From positions 151,466,001 to 151,530,000 of the forward strand of contig NC_088791.1 of assembly GCF_011386835.1 (NCBI RefSeq): DNA of 64,000 nucleotides. Reading direction: 5' to 3'. Made by a program: the position numbers and the translations under genes. The stretch is from Chrysemys picta bellii (lineage: Eukaryota). Shown here piece after piece: positions 11,807-22,885 of the stretch (position 1 is its first letter; the number at the start of each line of letters is the position of its first letter). A model generated the notes under the pieces. That model did no database searches. It was not told where the DNA came from and saw only the letters and a list, made by a program, of their open reading frames with translations.

Positions 11807-12269
11807 TGTGACGAACTGGGACTGTTCTTGCTGTGGTCTGTGAATGCTGACAGGGGAGTATGGCTGGGATAGTCTGCATTGCGGGATGGGAGTCTGCCCG
11901 AAGGCGCATACCTGAGTGTGTAACATGAGAACCCAGGAAGGGGTTGAAGGCCAGGTGATACCTTGGCCCGGGAAACTGAACAAAGGCTGTGGGAGGGGTC
12001 GCTGAAGGCAGTGTGCTGGAAGCGGGCTGGAGAGATGGCTGGGAGACAGAGATGGCTCTGACCCCCCAAAGGGGGGTGGGCTGGGATGCCCTGGGACCCC
12101 AAGCTGGACCTAACTGAGGGGGGCCCTGTTGTCTGTGCCTGCAAGACCTGTCTTGGACTGTATTCCTGTCATCCAAATAAACCTTCTGCTTTACTGGCTG
12201 GCTGAGAGTCATGGTGAATCACAGGAAGCCGGGGGTGCAGGGCCCTGAGTCCCCCAATACTCCGTGACA
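11807..12269 (+). repeat. 3' LTR
   Basis: Near-identical direct copy of 8209-8671. Confidence 0.97.
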
Positions 12270-12784
12270 AGCACTCATTGAAGACAAACTGTGGGATATG
12301 GACATAGTTTTTAGCAATCCTCTCTGAAGAAATGAATATCCGTGCATGTCCCTAAAAGCTGCAAAAGATGTGGCACTATCAAAAGTGGAAGAAAGGGCTG
12401 ATGTCAACAGTAATATGAAGACTCTGTTCGCAGCTGCTACATTTTTAAGGAAAAGCATTTTGTCCTGCAGTACATGGAAGTTTCAGGTATCCGTAGCTGG
12501 TGCCAAATCTGAAGAAATAATGCCACGTGACCTGTACTCCTACTTTAAGTGGTGCATCGGTGGTCACAGGGACTTCAGCACCAGCAAGTATGACAATATT
12601 CAGTGGTACGATAAAATGCAAAGCCTCATGTACGGATGCTTGAATGAAAGGCAGGTCTCCAACCCATACACAACAACCATGTGGCATATGTTTAAACTAA
12701 CAGCCACTTGTAGTGATAGATTAACAATTCCATTTTTAAACCAGTAGTGAATTCCTCATGCAGCTTGCGGACAGCATCATCTCC

Positions 12785-12915
12785 TCTATCGACTATCACT
12801 TGATGATTACCTGTTCTGTTCATTCCCTCTGGGGCAGCTGGCATTGGTCATTGTCGGAAGACAGGATACTGGGCTAGATGGATCTTTGGTCTGACCCAGT
12901 ATGGCCATTCTTATG
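12785..12915 (+). mobile_element. CR1 3'-end fragment
   Basis: CTGTTCTGTTCATTCCCTCTGGGGCA...GGATACTGGGCTAGATGG...CTGACCCAGTATGGCCATTCTTATG, a CR1-type 3' UTR/tail. Confidence 0.75.
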
Positions 12916-13189
12916 ACTACAACAAAGTATTCCACCTGGAGACTGCAATATCAAATGAGGCTCTTCATACGGTTCCATAAGGTGTTCCTCCAGGCCTCAT
13001 CAAGGGTAGATTTGCATCTTGTCCTGCTGATAACTTAGATTTCATTGTGGATACAGCAGATGGCAAATATACCTAGAGAAGTTCCTTAACTCCTCTTTGG
13101 CCAGTGTGGGGGTTGTATACCCCATCACACATACTCTCAAATGATCTGGACCCCCAGGACATATTGGACCACATCCTTTTAGGAGAAAG

Positions 13190-13703
13190 CAGAGGTGAAA
13201 GTAAGCCGGTACACCCCGGTACGGTGCACCGGCAAGAGCCGGTGCGTTATACCGGGGCGGCCTGGCTTCCCCAGATGGCAATTTAAAGGGCCTGGGGCTC
13301 CCAGCAGCGGCTGGAGTCCCAGGCCCTTAAATTGCGGCCAGAGCCCCGCTGCTGGAGCCCTGGAGTAGCAGCGGGGCTTCGGGGGCTATTTAAAGGGCCG
13401 GGGCTCCCGCTGCCTCTACGGCTCCAGCCCTTTAAATAGCTGCAGGAGCCCCGCCGCCGCTACCCCAGAGCTCCGGCGGCTATTTAAAGGGTCTGGGGTG
13501 GTAGCAGCGGCTGAGCCCTTTAAACTGCTGCCGGAGCCCCTGGCTGCTGCTGCTACCCTGGTGGGGGAGGGGGAGGGCACTTACCGGTACAGGGTGGGCC
13601 AGGGCTGGCTCTGACCCCCCCCCATCCTCGCCCCTTCCAGGGGCCAGAGCTGGCCCCAACCCAGCCCCATACCGGTAAGTCCCTATTTCTACTTTCACCC
13701 CTG
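13190..13703. mobile_element. hAT MITE with perfect 8-bp TSD
   Basis: TIRs CAGAGGTGAAAGTA / TACTTTCACCCCTG; TSD GGAGAAAG at 13182-13189 and 13704-13711; internal TTTAAAGGG..GGGGCTCC repeats; CpG-rich. Confidence 0.92.
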
Positions 13704-13989
13704 GGAGAAAGGTACATTTCAACATAGTCAGCCTTTAACTTGGCACTACACGAGGTGCCAGAGCAAATGATCTGTGTATGCATCCTGCCAATCATACCAT
13801 CTTCCTGTTTTGAAGGTGCTCAGGATGGCTGAGATAGTTACTGATGTGGTCATAAATGCACTGGAAGTGTTCATGTGCTGAGTTTACCATTTTGAAGATT
13901 AATATTATGACACTTGCAGAGCTGCATTGGTGGTGGTTTTCCAAGAAGCAGACAAATGGAGAATAACTGCTGCTGACAAGGGGTGCAGT

Positions 13990-14291
13990 TATACCTGCTA
14001 TCAAGAGGGTGAATTATCAAGCAATGGAATGGCTCCAGGATGATCACACACATCCAAAACTATTCTCCCCTCTTGGGCATGCCTGGGACTTGGAGGATGG
14101 ACTGATCATACCACTTGTATGAAATACCATGGATTCCTGAATCAATCCTTCAGCTAATCAAATGCTCATGTGCAAAAACCAGGTGCTTTTCACCCTGCAA
14201 GCGTTTGGCCAGCAGCCTGCCTTGTACGGAGACGTGTGAGTGTGGCACGGATGAGGATCAGTGTAACAACGTGCCAGCAGTGGTGCCCTAG
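13990..14291 (+). pseudogene. C-terminal remnant of transposase-like protein with tesmin/TSO1-like CXC cysteine cluster
   Basis: Manual translation: IPAIKRVNYQAMEWLQDD...HAWDLEDGLIIP, one frameshift, then IPESILQLIKCSCAKTRCFSPCKRLASSLPCTETCECGTDEDQCNN (Cys cluster at 14163-14270), stop TAG at 14289-14291. Confidence 0.7.
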
Positions 14292-14384
14292 ATGCAGACA
14301 ACACTGATGATGACTGTGTTGAATACTGGTTTTCAGTCTCACGTGTCCAGGCTAACTTTGTCTCTTTTATGTGAGCAATAAATT

Positions 14385-14635
14385 CCTGTGCTGAAGTATA
14401 ATTTTAAAAAGTTGATTTTTAAACATTTTCTCAAATACATATCTACGTAAGTATTCTAGGTTTGTCATATTTGGAACCATTTTGTTCATGGGCGAGAGGG
14501 CTTTTCAATGACACCTACCTTGGCCCATTTCCAGCCACAATGTATTATCAAAATTTTCACCAACCAGGGGATCTGGGAGTCAACGAGTCCTCCTGCCATA
14601 CTGCAGAGCATGACACCATTGAAATTATGATTCTG
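14385..14635 (-). repeat. Right terminal inverted repeat of the 5610-14635 transposon
   Basis: Reverse complement matches 5610-5872 (e.g. AAAATGTTTAAAAATCAACTTTTTAAAATTATACTT, exact). Confidence 0.85.
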
Positions 14636-15919
14636 TAGTTGGTTTGTTTGTTTTTAACAAATCAAATGACCCCTCCCTTATCTTCCCATCACTAACTTGC
14701 CTAGGGAATGAGATTTTCCTGCACTGTGCTCCCAGACTATTATACGGGCTCTCCATCGCTCTAAGAGGTAATATAAGCAAAAAAAAAACTACATTCCTTT
14801 GTTTGCTTTTGTTTTAAACAATAAAATCATGGACTGGTGAGAGCTTTTAGTCAGGGCTCATGCTGCAAGAGATTGCCAGTTTCTTGCAGTCTTCCTATTC
14901 TTTTTTTCCAATCTTTTATGGCCCTTAATTGTCTATAAAGAGCTGCATTCCCCTATGGTGCTATATAAATAAAATAACTAACAACAATGCTCTTGAATTA
15001 ATTGGGTGCCTTTGCATACTGTAGTCTCTTGTAATAGCCTTTCCTCTGTACAGGCCCTTAACAACTGAGGCCTCCTGGTCCAGTTGCTGCTGATAACTCA
15101 ATGTTCTGTTGTCCACATGTGCGTAACTGATCCAATTTTGTTCCTGTGCTGCCTTCTGGATCTTCGGCGGGGGAAAATGTTTTTGGCATTAGAAGTATAT
15201 ATAAGAAAATTGCTCTTCCTCCCTCCACACACACTTTTTAAAGATCTCATTGTCGACTCCCATTAAATACTCATTCTCTTTAAAAACTCTCCCTGAGATT
15301 TTTGCTCTCTCCAGAGAGTGAAGTGCAGCATCCCTCAGCATTGACTGCTGGATGAGAGAGATGTTTGTCCGCTTGCTTCTATTGTTTGGGGTTGTCACAA
15401 TAAAACAATCCATGCCAAGGGCTTAAGCTGCTGGGCTGCTGATAATACCCCCGCCTTCTTGCACTCGGTATCTTATTCAGATGGGAAGACAACAACTCTA
15501 TTACACTCCAGGGAGGGACAGCCCCTTCTACAGTACCTTGCAGAATCACTGATTCACATGGCCTCAGAGAGCAGTTTGGTTTGTTTATTCCAGGAGCCAG
15601 TTCACACCCTTTGTCTGGCAGCCTGTTAAGACTCTGAGGAGGTTAAGTGTGTAGAATGGAGTTAGATGAATGAAGTTTAGTGTAATTCAACCAAAGTCCT
15701 AATTTCTTCTTCCCTGTGTGCAGTGATTGACGGTGTCCAGATGTAAATTGAACAGCTATGAGCACAGTCTTCAACTTGAGCCTGGGTAGCCATTTGTTCC
15801 CCATGCAGAGAAAGAGCAGGGAAGGAGGGTGGGAAGGAGAACAGTGAAGCTTGTTGTGTCTCCGTGCTGGGAGGAACAGTTGGCCTATCCCACTCATGAA
15901 AGGACAGCAGTCAAATAAT

Positions 15920-16085
15920 AACAATATCTACCTCCATTCATCAGGATCTCAAAGCACTTTACAAAGCAGTGATGGGACACTGAGGCACAGAGAGGTGCCA
16001 TGGCTTGGCCAAGTTCACCCAGCAAGCCAGTGGCACAGCTGGGAGTAGAATGCAGATTTCCCAGTCCAGTGCCCTAGCCACTAAG
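15920..16085 (-). mobile_element. MIR/CORE-SINE fragment
   Basis: ACTGAGGCACAGAGAGGTG..ATGGCTTGGCCAAGTTCACCCAGCAAG matches the MIR core. Confidence 0.7.
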
Positions 16086-16612
16086 CATCCCTGCGGGGAT
16101 GGGAGCCCTGGAGCCCTCTTCCCTTGCCTGGGGAGTAGTAGCAGGGCCAGGGAGAGCAGGGGAAGTGTAGCACTGGTGGTCCTCTGCCTTTCCCCTGAGG
16201 TGGAAGCAGGAGCATCACTGGCAGTGGGAAGGGGACTACAGGAGCCTACTTCCTTCCTCCCAGACTGAGAGCACGAGCATGGGCCTCTGGGGAAGGGGGA
16301 GCCCTGGAGCCCCCTCCCTTCTGTTTGAGAAGAGCAGCATAAACCATGGGGTGGGGATCAGGGGCACAAGGGAGCCCCCCTCCCTCCTGTGGGAGCAGCC
16401 CTGTCTGGAAAGTACTTTCAGCATGCGCACACATGCCCTAATGACTGAGCAAAAAAAAAAAAAAAAAAAAGAGTAGGGCAGCAGTATGGTGCCCCCTGGA
16501 AGTTGGCACTCAGGGAGCCCTCCTTGCTTGCCCATAGAACTGTCCCTGCCCTCCAGGCCAGAAGATAGAGTAGGTGTCACTGTTCCCTTTAAACTAGGTG
16601 CATGAGTGAGCT

Positions 16613-17868
16613 CATACATAGTATCAAAGGACTGAAAGGGGTCATCTAGTCCAGTCCTCTGCACTCATGGCAGAACTAAGTATTATCTAGACCATACCTG
16701 ATTGGTGTTTGTCTAACCTGCTCTTAAAAATCTCCAATGTTGGAGATCCCACAACCTCCCTAGGCAATTTATTCCAGTGCTTAACCACCCTGACAATTAG
16801 GAAGTTTTTCCTGATGTCCAACCTAAACCTCCCCTGCAATTTAAGCCCATTGCCCCTATCCTCAGAGGTTAAGGAGCACAAATTTTCTCCCTCCTCCTTG
16901 TAACAATCTTTTATGTACGTGAAAACTGTTATCATGTCCCCTCTCAATCTTCTCTTCTCCAGACTAAACAAACCCAGTTTTTTCAGTCTTCCCTCATAGG
17001 TTATGCTTTCTAGACCTTTAATAATTTTTGTTGCTTTTCTCTGGACTCTCCTGAAATGTGGTGCCCAGAACTGGACACAATACTCCATTTGAGGCCTAAT
17101 CAGTGTGGAGTAGAGCAGAAGAATTACTTCACGTGTTTTGCTTACAACACTCCTGCTAATACATCCCAGAATGATGTTTGCTTTTTTTGCAACAGTGTTG
17201 CACTGTTGACTCATATTTAGCTTGTGGTCCACTATGATCCCCAGATCCCTTTTCGCAGTACTCCTTCCTAGGCAGTCATTTCCCATTTTGTATGTATGCA
17301 ACTGATTGTTCCTTCCTAAGTGGAGGACTTTTTATTTTTCCTTATTGAATTTCATTCTGTTTACTTCAGACCATTTCTCCAGTTTGCCCAGATCATTTTG
17401 AATGTTAATCCTATCCTCCAAAGCACTTGCAACCCCTCCCAGCTTGGTATCGTCCACAAACTTGATAAGTGTACTCTCTATGCCATTATCTAAATCATTG
17501 ATGAAAATATTGAACAGAATCAGACCTAGAACTGATCCCTGCGAGTCCCCACTTGATATGCCTTTCCAGCTTGACTGTGAACAACCAATGATTACTCTCT
17601 GGGAACAGTTTTCCAACCAGTTAGGCATCCACCTTATAATAGCTTCATCTAGGTTGTATTTCCCTAGTTTGTTTATGAGAAGGGCATGCGAGACAGTATC
17701 AAAAGCCTCACTAAAGTCAAGATATACCACGTCTACTGCTTCCCCCTATCCACTAAGGCTTGTTACCCTGTCGAAGAAAGCTATTAGGTTGGTTTGACGT
17801 GATTTGTTCTTGACAAATTCATGCTGACTGTTGCTTATCACTTTATTATCTTCTAGGTGTTTGCAAAC
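16613..17868 (-). mobile_element. CR1 LINE, 5'-truncated
   Basis: ORFs 17332-17730 and 16687-17301 (YLDFSEAFDTVSH...QGSVLGLILFNIFINDL...FVDDTKL; LIRPQMEYCVQFW) are a CR1 RT with lesions. Confidence 0.95.
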
Positions 17869-18199
17869 ACCTAGATCTGTTTTCTCTGTGTTAGCACGTA
17901 TGCACTCAGCTTAGAGGGACCATTGTACTTGACCTTCAGTTGGAACGACCTTGGCATGGATGATCGTTCCAATTTGATCAGCTCTTACATGGTAAGCAGG
18001 CTTGGGTATAGAAGTATTTGGATAGGAGACCCCAAGGTGCTGCAGGAAATAGTGTTAGGTCTAGTCTACACTAGAAACTTTTGCTGGTATAATAATGTCA
18101 ATTAGGGGTGGGATTTTTAATGACCTTTTTATACCAATCAAAGCTGTAATGTATATACAGCTTCTACTGGCATCACTCGAGGGATGCAGTGAGTAACAG

Positions 18200-19690
18200 T
18201 GAGGGGCCGAGCGGGGAGGAGGAGAGGAGGGACACACATGGCGAGTGTGGGGGATGAATGGGGAGAAGAAGGGAAGAGGAGGGACGCAGGTGACGAGGGG
18301 GGGAGGGGTAGAGGAGGGACGCAGGTGACGAGGGGGGGAGGGGTAGAGGACAGGAGTGGAGGGGCACCTGTAGCGAGTGAAGGTGGATGAGCAGGGAGGG
18401 GAGGAGGGGCGCACGTGGTGAGTGGGGGAGGATGAGCGGGGAGGGGAGAAGGAGAGGAGTGTATGTGGTGAGTGGGGGGGACGAGCTGGGAGGAGAGGAG
18501 AAGCACACTTGGCGAGTGGGGGGGATGAACGGGGAGGGGGGAGGAGGGATGCAGGTTGTGAGGAGGGGGATGAGCGAGGAGGGGTGCACGGGGTGAGTGG
18601 AGGGGGATGAACGAGGAGGGGCACATGGGGTGAGTGGGGAGGAGGAGAGGAGAGGACACGTGGTGAGTGGGGGGGACGAGTGGGGAGGAGGAGAGGAGGG
18701 GACACGTGGTGAGTGGGGGGGAGGAGGAGAGAAGGGGACACGCGATGAGTGGGAGGGACGAGTTAGGAGGAGGAGAGGAGGGGACACACGGTGAGTGGGG
18801 GGGATGAGCGGGGAGGGGGAGAGGAGGGATGCACATGGTGGGGGGGATGAGCAGGGAGGGGAAGAGCAGAGGTGGGCACACGTGGCGAGTGGGTGGGACG
18901 AGCGGGGAGGGGAGAGGAGAGGAGGGATGCACATGGCGACTGGGGGAGGAGGAGGAGCGCACGTGGCGAGTAGGGGGGGACGAGCGGGGAGGGGAAGAGG
19001 AGAGGAGAGGAGGGGCACATGTGGTGAGTGGGGGGGATGAGCGGGGAGGGGAAGAGTAGAGGAGGGGTGCACATGGCAAGTGGGGGGGGAGGAGGAGGAG
19101 CGCACGTGGCGAGTAGGGGGGGACGAGCGGGGAGGGGAAGAGGAGAGGAGGGGCACATGTGGTGAGTGGGGGGGGATGAGCGGGGAGGGGAAGAGTAGAG
19201 AAGGGGTGCACGTGGCAAGTGGGGGAGGAGGAGGAGCGCACGTGGCGAGTAGGGGGGACGAGCAGGGAGGGGAAGAGAAGAGGAGGGGCGCACGTGGCAC
19301 GTGCCAGGGAGGAGGCTGAGTGGAGAGGAGAGGAGTAACTGGTGAGCAGCCAGGGACCTCTGGAGCAGGGAGCCGAGTGCTGGAGAGGAGCAGCCAGGCA
19401 GCAGCGGGTGGAGGGACGAGCGGGGAGGGGAAGAGGAGAGGAGAGGAGGGGCGCACGTGGCGAGTGGGGGGAGGATGAGCAGGAAGGAGGGGAGGAGAAG
19501 GGGCGCATGTGGCGAGTAGGGGGGATGAGCAGGGAGGGGAAAAGAAGAGGAGGGGCGCACGTGGCGAGTGTCAGGGAGGAGGCTGAGTGGGGAGGAGAGG
19601 AGTAACTGATGAGCAGCTGGGGACCTCTGGAGCAGGGGGCCGAGTGCTGGAGAGGAGCAGCCGGGCAGCGGTGGGCGGAGAACGCTGAGC
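18200..19690. repeat. G/A-rich minisatellite (~30-50-bp units, higher-order structure) with recurrent CACGTG/CACATG
   Basis: Units such as GGGGCGCACGTGGCGAGTGGGGGGGACGAGCGGGGAGGGGAGAGGAGAGGA; + strand almost all purine; a ~110-bp spacer is duplicated at ~19310-19420 and ~19577-19685. Confidence 0.9.
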
Positions 19691-22039
19691 TTTTCTATGC
19701 GCCAGGCAGGTTTCCCGGCAGCTGCGCAGGCAGTAATCTCCCTGGGGGGGCCCAAGGGACCCAGGAAGCTGAGTAGCAGATGCCACCTCCTCAGTCACCT
19801 GGGAACCTGCATGGCACATAATAAATAAGTAAAAACTTCTAGCAGAAGCTCATTCCCAGCAGGGAGGGGAGAGGCAGGGCCACTACGGTACAGGTGTCCG
19901 GTGGCAGAGTCGGCAGTGGCTGCCCCAGAGGAGGCTTAGCCTCTCCTAGCCTATTCTACCTGCCACCCATGTCTCTCCACTGTCTTCCTCTCCTACTTTC
20001 CTTCCCTCTATCTTCTCTCTAGAGGCCTGATTTACAGCTCATTGAAGTCAAGGGGATGTCAGTGGATTTTGGATCTGGCCTTTGTTTCTCTTCTTGTGCT
20101 CCCCTCCCTGAAATGTCAGAGGACATAGGACCACTAGGTCTGAAATTCTGCCAACTCTGATTATGCCCTGCACTCACAGGGTCACCACACTGGTGCCTCT
20201 GATCCATTCCCCACTCCCTCCCGCATCCCACGTCACTCTTACAATGGGTCTCATTCTCTCCCCACTCAGATGGGGCTCCAGTTTTTCCCTATTCTTTGGG
20301 AGCAGGATGGCGGCGGTAGTGTGAGTATCACCGTAAGGCAGTGCAGGAGTGGTCCCGTGGCCTAGGCCCCCAGTGAGCGGTGCTTTTGCACCAGGGGACA
20401 GCTTGATTAATTGTGGGACTCTCCCGGGTGGTTCAGGTCACTCGTAAGCCATTCATCACAATCACCAATCAGAATCACCGGGCCATGGGATTAGCTAAAA
20501 GGGATTGCTCCCTTTTTCCCACAGGTTCCAGCCTATCCTAGGGCTAGTGAAGACCCACTGGTGGATTGACCTTTAATTTCCCTAGGTTGAGACAAACAAT
20601 TGTCAGAAAAATAAGGCACCGGGAGCTAAAGTGACTCTTCCAAGATCACCAGCAGAGCTAGGAACAGAACACAGGTCTTCCGTGTCCTACAGTAGTGCAC
20701 TCTTCTCCCACTCACATACACACTCCTCCTAGTCCCCCCAGCTTGTCAACCCTTTAGGGTACCGATGCCAAAGTTGTCACTCAGGTAACTCTCAAGTACA
20801 CCCAAGAATACAGTCAGATGAGGAGAAAGCATCCATTGGCCAGAGCAAAACACCCAGGAGAATCCAGTCAAATAACCAATGGGAAATCATCTACTATCCT
20901 ATTGCTCTCTCTTTTGATTGCTGGATGCTGCTCACTGTTTACTGTTGGCCCAGGCTATGGTCCATAGGCCAATACCTGCCTGGGAACAGGGCTGCAAATG
21001 GGGTGAAACAGAGAAAGGAAACGCTGCTGAAGGCCCATGCAAACCCTTGGTGCGGTGTTTGATAGCCTTCTGGGATACGAGTCATAAATCCAATGAAGAA
21101 TGAATGATAGAGCTCCTCAGTAAGTGGAATGGATGGAAGTCAGGGCCCCTGGGACGAAGGAGCGATTGTCACAATTCCTAGATTAGTAGAAAGTGAGGGG
21201 TGGTAAATAATTCTGTATCCTTATTTTATGGGTGGGGAAAGAGGTATAAGAGATTTTGACTTTACCCAGTTCACAGAAGCAGCTTGGGATTAATTTTATT
21301 ACCCCTCCCCTCATCCTCCCCTTTTCTTCTCCCCTATTATAGGCTACATCATTCTTTGTCTTCAATAAGATTGTAAGCTCTTCTTATGTTTTGTACAGCA
21401 TCTGGGGTGTTACCAGAGTATAATATTATTATAGTCAATTACTGTTATTATGGCAGATCAAGAAATAGGCACCAGGAGTCCTATACTTTAACCTTAAGAT
21501 CATCCTTTCTCCAATAAATTATGTACAAGAGAGAATATTTACCCCCAAAATAAATTATATGAAGATTGCACAGGTAAGCACTCAAAAGTCAGGAAATGCC
21601 CAGGTTAAAGTTGCCCATGCCTACAATTGTGATATAGTGTGTAATTACATCATTACTGTATTGTTCAACTAATACAACAGAATGTCATTGAATATTTTCT
21701 TCTACAGCCTTAAATGTATGTGTTGTATCGTTTCTGATTGTCTAGTACTCTGTGTGGGAGAGAGTTTGGGTGGTCTAGTGGATCAGTACAGGCCAGGGAC
21801 TCAGATAACCTGTACTCTATTCCTAGCTCTTTTGGCAGATCGCATCATCTCTCCCACAGTTTTAATTCCAAGCTCTTCAGACCAGGCACCATCTCTCACT
21901 ATCCATTTGTACAGTACCTAGCACAACGAGGCCCCGTTCTCAGATGAGGCCTGTAGACACAACTGCAATACAAATCGGTAACAATAACAGTGGGCGAAAT
22001 GTATATACCTAGTGCATAATCAATGAGGGGAAAAGGCAC

Positions 22040-22885
22040 TGTAGAAAGGTTCGGTTGGGGTCGCCCCCTCTGGGACGGCTGGGAGCCAGGCCGCCTCACT
22101 ACTGAGGTCTGCTGATTCGGGAAATTAGCCGGGTGAGGCAGGAAACAGTCAAGGGCTCAGGCCCTCAGCCAGGGGTGGAGCAAATCATTCAATGTCAGGG
22201 CAGGGCAAACAAACAAACAGGAGCTCAGGCAGGTGCTGAGCAAATAGTTCAGGAACAAGAACCCAGACTCCCGGTTCTGAGAGCCTGGGGTGAGGGAGAG
22301 ACTGCCACCCGTGAGTGGGGTGGCAGGGGGGAACCAGGCCCGCCCACTCCACTGCATCCCAGCCCGGGGCCCTATCAGCAGCAGGCAGCCTGCTGCTGTG
22401 TCAGTGGGGATCCTGGCCGCAACACACTGACATCGGCTCTGGGTGTGCTGCAGCCAGACTAGGGTCGGCTGCCTCTGGGCTACTTCCTACCTCCCCCTCT
22501 AGCAGTACCTGCATCTGGTCGGTGTCCTCCACGGAATCGAGCACCATGGGCTCCTCAGGGTACTCGGCGAGTGGTAGGCTTGGCAGCTCCTCTGGGTCGC
22601 TTCTCTCCGGTAGGCTTAACAGCTTCTACAGGGTCTTGACTGGTATGGCCAGTCCTCGGGTCGGTCACAGGCTGCAGGAGTTTCCCCAGCGGGAGCCAGG
22701 CCCCCAGCGTCTGGCTTCTCCGGCAGCCAGGCAGCTTCTGAGCCCTGGGGTGGGACTTTTAGACTTCCTGTCCTGCGCTTTGATGTTTGGGGGGCGTGCG
22801 CAGGCTCCAGTGGCTCTGCCCATTTTGGCATCCGGAGGGGCTCGTCCCTCTCTGGGGCGGCTGGGAGCCAGGCTGCCTCACTACA
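22040..22885 (-). mobile_element. Solo LTR-like element (846 bp) with perfect 5-bp TSD
   Basis: TGTAG...CTACA termini; GGCAC at 22035-22039 and 22886-22890; internal 26-nt copy of one terminus at 22077-22102. Strand is tentative. Confidence 0.8.

Larger units (their letters stand above)
8209..12269 (+). mobile_element. Young non-autonomous Gmr1-like (SCAN-gag) Gypsy LTR retrotransposon
   Basis: Two 463-bp TG...CA LTRs, perfect 5-bp TSD AGCAC (8204-8208 / 12270-12274), tRNA-Leu PBS, PPT, and gag-protease-integrase H2C2 coding remnants; no RT, RNase H or integrase catalytic core. Confidence 0.95.
5610..14635 (+). mobile_element. Fossil cut-and-paste DNA transposon with ~260-bp TIRs and decayed Cys-rich transposase-like ORF; superfamily unresolved
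   Basis: 5610-5872 is the reverse complement of 14385-14635, with a perfect 36-bp block (5827-5862 vs 14394-14429) and a 16-bp block (5615-5630 vs 14615-14630). Internal +strand peptide remnants include CLLCQ, CFFC, YDIACHIKCYA, MSLKAAKDVA..., IKRVNYQAMEW and a CXC cluster. Confidence 0.8.

Noticed and set aside
7914-12212. Duplicated minus-strand ORFs (7914-8546/8093-8614 and 11760-12212/11782-12144) suggesting paralogous genes
   Set aside because: They are antisense translations of the two near-identical LTRs.
12346-12747. 133-aa ORF as a host exon
   Set aside because: It is in frame with sequence on the other side of the LTR element and lies inside the TIR-bounded fossil; an in-frame TGA precedes it.
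16451-16470. A20 run as the poly(A) tail of a processed pseudogene
   Set aside because: No upstream ORF, polyadenylation signal or TSD; it lies within repeat-derived sequence.
18061-19755. Long Pro/Ser-rich ORFs (226-456 aa) on the minus strand and Gly/Arg/Glu-rich ORFs on the plus strand
   Set aside because: By-products of the G/A-rich minisatellite, which lacks stop codons in several frames at once; no domain signature.
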